From positions 1,170,001 through 1,202,000 of the forward strand of contig NZ_RSDW01000001.1 of NCBI RefSeq assembly GCF_003945235.1: DNA of 32,000 nt, given 5' to 3'. Positions 25,246 to 32,000 of this stretch are shown piece by piece. Source of the stretch: Edaphobacter aggregans. GTDB taxonomy: Bacteria > Acidobacteriota > Terriglobia > Terriglobales > Acidobacteriaceae. The position numbers and the translations under genes are program-made. The notes below the pieces were generated by a model that was given only the letters and a program-made list of their open reading frames with translations, made no database searches and was not told where the DNA came from. Position 1 is the stretch's first letter. Each line of letters starts with the position of its first letter.

Positions 25246-26271
25246 CTACTTAAACCCAACCACCATCGAATCCGGCCCCACCAGATGCTCTACATACGCA
25301 TCCTGGAACCCGGCCTCTTTCATCCATCCAATACACTCCGCACCTGTGTAGTCGAACCCTCCGGGGGTCTCGATTAGCATATTCAGGCTCATCAGCAACC
25401 CAAAGGCGTTCTTCGACCGCTCATCATCGATGATCGCGTCATACACCACGAACGCTCCTCCCAGATTCAGCGCGTCATAAGCCTTCTTCACCAGCATCTT
25501 CTTCTCGTCCACATCCCAATCATGCAGAATGTGTCCCATTGTGATCACATCAACGCCGTCCGGCAGCGCCTCCGTGAAAAAATCCCCCGACTGAAAACTA
25601 ACCCGGTCACTCACTCCATTGACCTCTGCATACTCATCAAAGATCGGACCTACCGGCGGCAGATCAAATCCAATCCCCGTCAAATGAGGATTCGCCAATG
25701 CAATCTGCACCGCCAAATCGCCTTGCGCCGCTCCCACATCCACAAACGTCTTGTACTTCGCCCACGGAGCCTTCTTCGCAATCGCCATATTCGCGCCGTG
25801 GCTGACCCCCGTCATCCCCTTCAGGAACCCCTTCAGCCGCTCCGGGTCCGCATACAAAGCCATAAAAGGCGAATCGGTGGAATCATCTTTGGCCTCGTTC
25901 TGCAGCCGCCCCGTGCGCAGTCCTTCCGTCAAATGGTTCCAGTGCCCGAACAACCTGGCATTCGCCATCTCCAGAATCCCGCCGATATAACTCGGCTTGT
26001 GCCGGTCGAGAAATAGCGCAGTCTCCGGCGTATTCGAATACTCACCATCCACTCGCTGCAGAAACCCCAGCGCTACCAACGCATCCATAAAATCCCGCGC
26101 CGATCGCGGATGCAGACCAACTCGCCCAGCCAAATGATCCAACTCCGCGGGACCATGCGTTAGCTCCGTGAACACGCCCATTTCAACCGCACTCAGCAAC
26201 GTCTTCGAAGCCCAAAAGCCCAGACCTACCTGCATGATATGGTCTGGTGAAAGACCTATCTCGTGACTCAC
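25246..26271 (-). CDS. SAM-dependent O-methyltransferase (Methyltransf_2 type with N-terminal dimerisation domain)
   Basis: GTG start 8 nt after GAGGAG. SAM motif [12 protein letters not shown]. Overall length and C-terminal pattern match plant/bacterial small-molecule OMTs. Confidence 0.8.
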   Translation of the reverse strand: MSHEIGLSPDHIMQVGLGFWASKTLLSAVEMGVFTELTHGPAELDHLAGRVGLHPRSARDFMDALVALGFLQRVDGEYSNTPETALFLDRHKPSYIGGILEMANARLFGHWNHLTEGLRTGRLQNEAKDDSTDSPFMALYADPERLKGFLKGMTGVSHGANMAIAKKAPWAKYKTFVDVGAAQGDLAVQIALANPHLTGIGFDLPPVGPIFDEYAEVNGVSDRVSFQSGDFFTEALPDGVDVITMGHILHDWDVDEKKMLVKKAYDALNLGGAFVVYDAIIDDERSKNAFGLLMSLNMLIETPGGFDYTGAECIGWMKEAGFQDAYVEHLVGPDSMVVGFK

Positions 26272-26460
26272 TATTCACTCTCCTCGGATGAGCGAGAAGC
26301 ATAGCACAGCCTCATAAAAAACTCGGATGACTCAACCGCACGACAGAGAACGGCCTTCCCTGGCACCGCTCGATGAGTAAAGTGTTGGCCAGGCGAGTTA
26401 TACTAGCTCTGTTCGGGCTGCATCCGCTGCAACATTGGCGGAGTGGCACTGGAGAAGACC

Positions 26461-27360
26461 ATGAGCCTCACACAACCTCGCGACGCAGCTTCTCAGCCTG
26501 CACGCAAAGTCACCATCCAACATCTCCTCGATAAAAAGCACTCCCACCAGCCCATCACGGCGCTCACCGCGTACGACTACCCCACCGCAAGGCTAGTCGA
26601 CGAAGCCGGAATCGATATCATCCTCGTCGGCGACTCCCTCGCCATGACCGTCCTCGGCCACGACAACACCCTGGCCGTCACCGTCGACGAGATGCTCCAC
26701 CACACACGAGCCGTCCGCCGCGCCGCACGCTCGTCCTTCCTGGTCGTTGACATGCCTTTCGGCAGCTACCACACCGGCACCAACGACGCCCTCCGCAACG
26801 CCACCCGCTTCATCAAAGAAAGCGGTGCCGAGGCCGTCAAGATCGAGGGCGGCGCAAGCCGAGCCCCACTGGTCGAGCAACTCACCCAAGCCGAGATCCC
26901 AGTCGTTGCCCACATCGGCCTAACCCCGCAGTCACTCCACCGCATGAGCGGCTACCGCGTCCAGGGCCGCTCGATGGCCGCCATCGACGCACTCATGACC
27001 GACGCCGCCATTCTCGAATCCGCCGGCGCCGTCGCCATCGTGCTTGAAGGCGTCCCCCGCGAGGTCGCAGCCCGCATCACCGCCGCATCAGGCATCCCCA
27101 CCATCGGCATCGGAGCCGGCCCCGACTGCGACGGCCAGATCCTCGTCTTCCACGATCTCTTCCAACTCACCTTTGCCCCGCACGCCAAGTTCGTCCGCAC
27201 CTTCGGCGACGCAGCTACCCTCTTCCGCCAGGGCATCGAGCAGTACCAGCACGCCGTAGCCAACCGCACCTTCCCCAGCGACTCCGAAAGCTACCACCTT
27301 TCCACCGAAGTTCTAACCAGCTTTTACCACCAGGAAACCACCGAACCGCAACCAATCTAA
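26461..27360 (+). CDS. panB: 3-methyl-2-oxobutanoate hydroxymethyltransferase
   Basis: Colinear with E. coli PanB (TAYDY, LVGDSLAMTVLGH, VKIEGG, HIGLTPQS, GIGAG..DGQILV). ATG 26461 has GGAG 6 nt upstream. The tracked GTG 26443 is the alternative start. Confidence 0.92.
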   Translation: MSLTQPRDAASQPARKVTIQHLLDKKHSHQPITALTAYDYPTARLVDEAGIDIILVGDSLAMTVLGHDNTLAVTVDEMLHHTRAVRRAARSSFLVVDMPFGSYHTGTNDALRNATRFIKESGAEAVKIEGGASRAPLVEQLTQAEIPVVAHIGLTPQSLHRMSGYRVQGRSMAAIDALMTDAAILESAGAVAIVLEGVPREVAARITAASGIPTIGIGAGPDCDGQILVFHDLFQLTFAPHAKFVRTFGDAATLFRQGIEQYQHAVANRTFPSDSESYHLSTEVLTSFYHQETTEPQPI

Positions 27361-27366
27361 ACCGAA

Positions 27367-28251
27367 ATGCAGATACTCCAAACCATCAAAGAAACAAGGC
27401 AGGCCTGCGCCAAAGCACGCGCATCCGCAACAAAACCCACCGTTCTAGGCCTAATCCCAACCATGGGGGCTCTGCACGAAGGCCACCTCTCCCTCATCCG
27501 TACAGCAAAAAAACAGTGCGAAATAGTCGTAGCAACCATCTTCGTCAACCCCACCCAGTTTGGCCCCAACGAGGACTTCTCCCGCTACCCTCGCACCTTC
27601 GCCTCTGACTGCGCACTTCTCGAAGCCGAAGGCGTCGATATCCTCTTCGCCCCCTCCGTAGAAGACATGTACCCAACCAGCACCTCCCGGACCTTCATTG
27701 AGGTCCCTGGCATCAGCGACCGCCTCGACGGCCTCTCCCGCCCCGGCCACTTCCGCGGAGTCGCCACTGTCGTCGCCAAACTCTTCCACATCGTCTCGCC
27801 CGACCGCGCCTACTTCGGCCAAAAAGACGCCGCCCAGGTAGCCGTCCTGCGCGCCATGGTCCACGATCTCAACTTCCCCGTCGAAGTCATCGTTTGCCCC
27901 ACAGTCAGAGACGCCGATGGCCTCGCTCTCAGCTCACGCAACCAATACCTGAGCCCCGAAGAACGCACCCGAGCCCTGGCCCTCTCCAGGTCGCTAGGCA
28001 ACGCAACCGCTCAAGCCAGCAAAGGCACGCACGACGCTTCCCAGCTAAAATCCGCCATTCTGCAAGACCTCCAATCCACCCCCACCCTCAAGATCGACTA
28101 CGTAGAAATCGTAGACCCTACGACCCTAGAACCCATCGCCGACCTCCAAGCCGGAGCCCTCATCGCCGTCGCCGCCTGGATCGGCAAAACCCGCCTGATC
28201 GACAACGCCCTCCTGTCCGCGACCCCTCCCCATCAAAAAATCACACCGTGA
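27367..28251 (+). CDS. panC: Pantoate--beta-alanine ligase
   Basis: PTMGALHEGHLSLI (HIGH-like), FVNPTQFGPNEDF and GQKDAAQ motifs. Sits 6 nt downstream of panB. Confidence 0.92.
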   Translation: MQILQTIKETRQACAKARASATKPTVLGLIPTMGALHEGHLSLIRTAKKQCEIVVATIFVNPTQFGPNEDFSRYPRTFASDCALLEAEGVDILFAPSVEDMYPTSTSRTFIEVPGISDRLDGLSRPGHFRGVATVVAKLFHIVSPDRAYFGQKDAAQVAVLRAMVHDLNFPVEVIVCPTVRDADGLALSSRNQYLSPEERTRALALSRSLGNATAQASKGTHDASQLKSAILQDLQSTPTLKIDYVEIVDPTTLEPIADLQAGALIAVAAWIGKTRLIDNALLSATPPHQKITP

Positions 28252-28274
28252 CCGCCTCATGAGAATGGCTGTTG

Positions 28275-28352
28275 CTTCCATTGTTGCTGTTATTCTTGTC
28301 TTTCTTGTTGTCATCCCCGAAGGGGATCTGCTTCTGTTGTTGTTTTTGTAAT
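28275..28352. repeat. Dispersed hairpin repeat, copy C (GTCATCC..GGATCTGCTT core with T/G-rich flanks)
   Basis: Core GTCATCCCCGAAGGGGATCTGCTT (28310-28333). Perfect hairpin ATCCCC (28313-28318) / GAA / GGGGAT (28322-28327). Flanks (ttgtctttcttgtt / ctgttgttgttttt) resemble copy A. Confidence 0.7.
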
Positions 28353-30572
28353 CGCTATTGCTTTCGTCCGGTAGATCATCGCCGGCCTGCGCGCCACCAT
28401 CTGCACAGTAACCTTTCTATCCGCAAGCGTAAAAGCCGCTGTCTCTTTTCTATCAAGGAACAACACCGAAGCCGCAATCTCCTTCGGATTCCAACCCGCT
28501 GGCAGCGTCGCTGTCAGCGGTCCATCCGTAACGCTGTACATCGCGATGCGGTCATTGCCCAGAGGACAAAATGTTGTATTGTCCCGAGCGACTTCAGCAC
28601 CATCCAGCGTCATGCTATAGCTCTTCTTCTCCCAATCAATGTCAACATGATTGCCTGCACCCTCGAGCCGCGTCACCGTCTTCTCACCGGTGCGCTCGAA
28701 GTCCTCGATGTTCAACATGTGCTGCCGAAACCATGGCACCATGGCCAGGTAGAACGAGTCCAATCGCTGCGCAATCGAGGCATCGCCATTGAAGATACTG
28801 TGCTGCGCCTCGCCGTAGAACATCATCAACAGCAACGGAAGATCGCCACGGTTGCCCGCGCGTCCCCACGTCGTGCTCTTGCGATAAACCAGAGGCAACA
28901 TCGGCACAGGCCTGCCGCCAAAAGGACACGGCGCAGGTCCACCCGCATACCAGCACATGCTCATCTTACCGACGTACGGATAGCGGAGCCCTTCCGAAGT
29001 CACATCGACGCCATGCTTCTTGAACTCCTTAAGAATCCTGTAACGTCCTTCATACAGGTTCCGAATACCACTTGCAGGCTTCTTCGGATCCCAATCATTG
29101 CGAATCGCAAAGTAGGACAACACATCCACATGGATTGTTCCGGGCAGCTTGTACCGTTCGATGGTATAGCGGATGCGCTCAACTCCAGGACCTTCCATAT
29201 ACTTCGCCAACCCCTGGATATAGGAGACCTCGCCTGTCCAGTTGCGGCTCTTCCACAGATCTCCATCCGGCTTACGTGCAATCATTGCCTCATCCCACGC
29301 CGGGCTGCTGCGATAAGCGTCGTCATAGTTGTCCGACAGACTCACCGTTGTATTCAACGGCTTAGCCCGCTCCATCAACCGCATCATGCCGTCATACCCA
29401 CCGATGCGCTCGTCCACCACGTTCACCGCCGGATAACCCGTATCCTTCCCGCGGAACTGCCATCCCCACACATGCACAAGTTGTGGCGAACCATCAGTCA
29501 GCGCATGCATCTCGCGAATCATCTCCTCGGCCCGCTCAAACGTAGCCGAAGGCTTAGGAAACGTAGGCTCATCCGTCCGAATGCCATAGATGAACTTATC
29601 GTCATAGAAGTGGTTAGGAATCGGAGGCATCCGTGTACGAACCAGCTTGGCCCCGTCAATCCACGTCAGCTTCGTTCCGCCCTCTGGCTCCAGAAAATCC
29701 AGCCGCACCGCGGACTTCTGCTCCACAAGCATGTTCGGCGTAGCCTTGCCACCACAGCTCTTCGGAGCCTCGCGACCCAGGTTCATGTCGAAGCAAGCGA
29801 TCCCATCCACACGATGAACCTTCGTCGTCCCCATCATGGCCCGCCGATTAGGAGCATCGCCCACAATCGACAACAGCGTTCCATCCATAAACGCCGTCGT
29901 CTCCTGCACACACACCGCACCCGAGTGTCCCGTCATAATGACCGGAAGAATGCCATTGATCTCACCCCAAAACGTATTGGGCTTTAGCTTCCCTGCCTTC
30001 GCATCGCGCAATGCCACCAAATCGCCGCCAGCATCACCATGCGCAAGCCACGTATCCTCTTCACGCTCATGCACCGTCACTATCGACGGCATAACAAGCG
30101 AGATGAACTCAAAACCCTCGCGCTCTTTCACATCTTCGAGCGTCAGCCGAAGCGTAGCTCCTTCCAGCGCATAACGCAGCGTAAAGTCCGCCGCTGGAGC
30201 ATTCGCCGCATACATCGCCGTGAACAGAAAGTCGACAGCATTGCCCGAAACCCTACTTCCCTTAGGCTTCACCGTCACAGTCGCAAACCCAAAGGGCTCC
30301 TTGCAATGCACCGTAGCCCGGAGAGCCTCACCTAACCCCTCTCCGGCAAAACGCACGCCGCTCTTTCGCAGACGATACTCAAACGGAACCCCATCTTCCG
30401 CATCGAGCAACAACTCAACCGAGGCCGAACGCAGCATCAGCGGACGCGTCGGCGCACCTCTCGTCCCTATCTCTTCCGCTACCGCCCGCGACGATAGGCC
30501 CGCCGCCGCAAGCCCCGCAGCACTCAGCTTCAGGAACGCGCGCCGACTCAGCGCTTCATCAACAACCTGCAT
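28311..30572 (-). CDS. Tat-exported putative glycoside hydrolase (distant GH101/endo-alpha-N-acetylgalactosaminidase-like; family assignment tentative)
   Basis: GGGAG SD. Twin-arginine signal SRRAFLKLSAAGLAAAGL. The central segment VHVWGWQFRGKDTGYP .. TIHVDVLSY .. VTSEG resembles the GH101 barrel from memory only. The stop codon lies inside repeat C. Confidence 0.8.
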   Translation of the reverse strand: MQVVDEALSRRAFLKLSAAGLAAAGLSSRAVAEEIGTRGAPTRPLMLRSASVELLLDAEDGVPFEYRLRKSGVRFAGEGLGEALRATVHCKEPFGFATVTVKPKGSRVSGNAVDFLFTAMYAANAPAADFTLRYALEGATLRLTLEDVKEREGFEFISLVMPSIVTVHEREEDTWLAHGDAGGDLVALRDAKAGKLKPNTFWGEINGILPVIMTGHSGAVCVQETTAFMDGTLLSIVGDAPNRRAMMGTTKVHRVDGIACFDMNLGREAPKSCGGKATPNMLVEQKSAVRLDFLEPEGGTKLTWIDGAKLVRTRMPPIPNHFYDDKFIYGIRTDEPTFPKPSATFERAEEMIREMHALTDGSPQLVHVWGWQFRGKDTGYPAVNVVDERIGGYDGMMRLMERAKPLNTTVSLSDNYDDAYRSSPAWDEAMIARKPDGDLWKSRNWTGEVSYIQGLAKYMEGPGVERIRYTIERYKLPGTIHVDVLSYFAIRNDWDPKKPASGIRNLYEGRYRILKEFKKHGVDVTSEGLRYPYVGKMSMCWYAGGPAPCPFGGRPVPMLPLVYRKSTTWGRAGNRGDLPLLLMMFYGEAQHSIFNGDASIAQRLDSFYLAMVPWFRQHMLNIEDFERTGEKTVTRLEGAGNHVDIDWEKKSYSMTLDGAEVARDNTTFCPLGNDRIAMYSVTDGPLTATLPAGWNPKEIAASVLFLDRKETAAFTLADRKVTVQMVARRPAMIYRTKAIAITKTTTEADPLRG

Positions 30573-30623
30573 ATTCGGTCTCCCAAGCTAAACGAATCGA
30601 AGACTAGCGCTACGAAAACCGAA

Positions 30624-31811
30624 CTACTGCGACACCTTCAGAAACAGAACGCCATGTCCGGGAATCTTAGCCGTAAAAGGTGCGCTAATCGTGCCCATAT
30701 CCTTCCCTTGCCAGATATCCCTCGCCTTCACTGCACGAGTAAATCCGAGCGCCTTGAAGTCGACCGTAGTTGTCAGCGGCGAAGGGTGCCGATTGAAAAC
30801 TCCGACAGCCTTCGATCCATCCGCAAGTTGTCGCACCCAAATCTCAAGGGGCCCCTCCACCCACGCACGATCGCCCTGCTTACCCGCCGCATCCTGATCG
30901 ACCGCAATCACATCGCGATTGGTTAGCATCGCCTTGGTCTCCGCCGTCATCGTCGACAGGTCGTTCCCCGCCAGCAGCGGAGCCGCAAGAATAGCCCACA
31001 AGCTCATGTGAGTCCTGTACTCATCCGCGTTCATACCGCCGTTGCCCACCTCCAGCATGTCAGGATCGTTCCAGTGCCCCGGCCCTGCAAACTTCGCCAA
31101 GCCCGCCTGGCTAAATCCAATCGCCTCCATGCTCGAATACTTGTCTGAGATGTCACCGGTCGTACGCCACAGATTCCCACCAACCTCCGTGCCCCATCTC
31201 CACACCGCATCATTGCCATACTGGCAAAGGCTATACACAATCGGCCGTCCAGTAGCTTTGAGCGCATCGCGCATCTTGATATACGCATCGAACATGATCT
31301 TGTGTGCTTCTTCCGGCGTCGCAGCCACCTTCATCTGTTCGCGCAGACCGCACAGATCGTACTTCAAATAGTCCATTCCCCAGGCAGCATACGTCCGCGC
31401 ATCCTGCACTTCATGGCCGAGACTTCCCGCAAACTTAGCGCAAGTCAACGCCCCGGGCGACGAGTAGATTCCAATCTTCAACCCCTTGCTATGAACGTAG
31501 TCGGCCAATGCCTTCATGTCAGGAAACCTGCTGTTGGCCTGAATATTCCCCTGCGCGTCCCGCTCGCCTTGCCAGGTATCGTCGATGTTGACGTAGACAT
31601 ATCCCGCGTCGCGCATCCCACTCGAAACCATCGCATCCGCCTGAGCCCTTACCGCCGCATCATCCACATTGCGATGAAAGTGGTTCCAGCTATTCCATCC
31701 CATCGGTGGTCGCGATGCGAGACCATCCGTCTGGGCATTACCGATGAAGGAACCAAACATGGATAAGGCCGCAACGGAAAGGCAAGTCACGCGTAACGTG
31801 GACAATCTCAT
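30624..31811 (-). CDS. Secreted alpha-galactosidase / alpha-N-acetylgalactosaminidase, GH27
   Basis: GAGGAG SD and a signal peptide. GH27 motifs PPMGWNSWN, YVNIDDTWQ and YLKYDLCG (nucleophile Asp). Confidence 0.9.
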   Translation of the reverse strand: MRLSTLRVTCLSVAALSMFGSFIGNAQTDGLASRPPMGWNSWNHFHRNVDDAAVRAQADAMVSSGMRDAGYVYVNIDDTWQGERDAQGNIQANSRFPDMKALADYVHSKGLKIGIYSSPGALTCAKFAGSLGHEVQDARTYAAWGMDYLKYDLCGLREQMKVAATPEEAHKIMFDAYIKMRDALKATGRPIVYSLCQYGNDAVWRWGTEVGGNLWRTTGDISDKYSSMEAIGFSQAGLAKFAGPGHWNDPDMLEVGNGGMNADEYRTHMSLWAILAAPLLAGNDLSTMTAETKAMLTNRDVIAVDQDAAGKQGDRAWVEGPLEIWVRQLADGSKAVGVFNRHPSPLTTTVDFKALGFTRAVKARDIWQGKDMGTISAPFTAKIPGHGVLFLKVSQ

Positions 31812-31954
31812 ATCGATAACTCCTCAATCGAACCCATTTAGATTTCGTCAAAAAGTGTCTGGAAGGACAACAGCTTTATACGTGAACACAAGTTATCGTG
31901 CCAAGAGGTGCACGAGTAATTTTTGAATAGTAAAATTCTACTTTCACCATAGTT

Positions 31955-31976
31955 TGTAATCGAACGACTCATTACA
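31955..31976. promoter_or_regulatory. Inverted repeat upstream of the GH27/glycosidase operon (candidate operator)
   Basis: TGTAAT (31955-31960), 10 nt, ATTACA (31971-31976), in the low-GC region about 145 nt upstream of the GH27 start. Confidence 0.25.
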
Positions 31977-32000
31977 TACCCTCAAAACATGCCGGCGGCT

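Noticed and set aside
28272-29987. 571-aa plus-strand ORF
   Set aside because: It is antisense to the well-supported glycosidase gene. Its translation is Arg/His/Pro/Leu-rich with no hydrophobic core pattern. This is a typical shadow ORF of a gene with strong third-position C bias.
1-32000. Scan for CRISPR arrays, tRNA/rRNA genes, IS elements, integrases, toxin-antitoxin pairs and known defence-system genes
   Set aside because: I found no regularly spaced direct repeats, no cloverleaf-like or rRNA-like segments, and no transposase, integrase or defence-type domains in any frame. The GNAT gene has no small upstream antitoxin-like partner.

Overview
High-GC (roughly 60%) chromosomal segment. 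Gene content, a TIGR03118-type secreted protein and GTCATCC..GGATC hairpin repeats suggest an Acidobacteriota (Acidobacteriaceae-like) genome; that assignment is inference. I call 32 protein-coding genes, mostly housekeeping or metabolic. They include polX (5' truncated), a ctaB-DUF420 heme/cytochrome-oxidase assembly pair followed by a small membrane protein and a secreted thioredoxin-fold protein, and ssb. Next come a TIGR03118 surface protein, cyaY, a GT2 glycosyltransferase, a large met-zincin protease and a lower-GC accessory patch (secreted hypothetical, alpha/beta hydrolase, GNAT). Then follow an orphan B12-binding subunit and a minus-strand leucine-catabolism-like cluster (carboxyltransferase, HMG-CoA lyase, enoyl-CoA hydratase, thioesterase, SDR). 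The remainder is pncA, a sigma-54 activator with an HD hydrolase and a small membrane protein, rph, lepB, an O-methyltransferase, panBC and a Tat-exported glycosidase paired with a GH27 alpha-galactosidase. I found no rRNA, tRNA, CRISPR array, transposase, integrase or recognisable defence system. No complete new system can be demonstrated from sequence alone. The most unusual signals are: (1) a ~470-bp strand-asymmetric spacer between the sigma-54 activator and rph, packed with TCCC/ATCC (GGGA/GGAT) motifs next to a sigma-54-like promoter; (2) three copies of a dispersed hairpin repeat, two of which supply the C-terminus and stop codon of adjacent ORFs; (3) an intact GT2 gene with no ATG/GTG/TTG start; (4) a CAQC thioredoxin-fold protein with an unrecognised N-terminal domain in the oxidase-assembly neighbourhood; (5) a TIGR03118 protein whose last Ig-like domain is interrupted by a TM-RRR-lipobox-like hairpin. 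All motif counts and GC values are hand counts and approximate.
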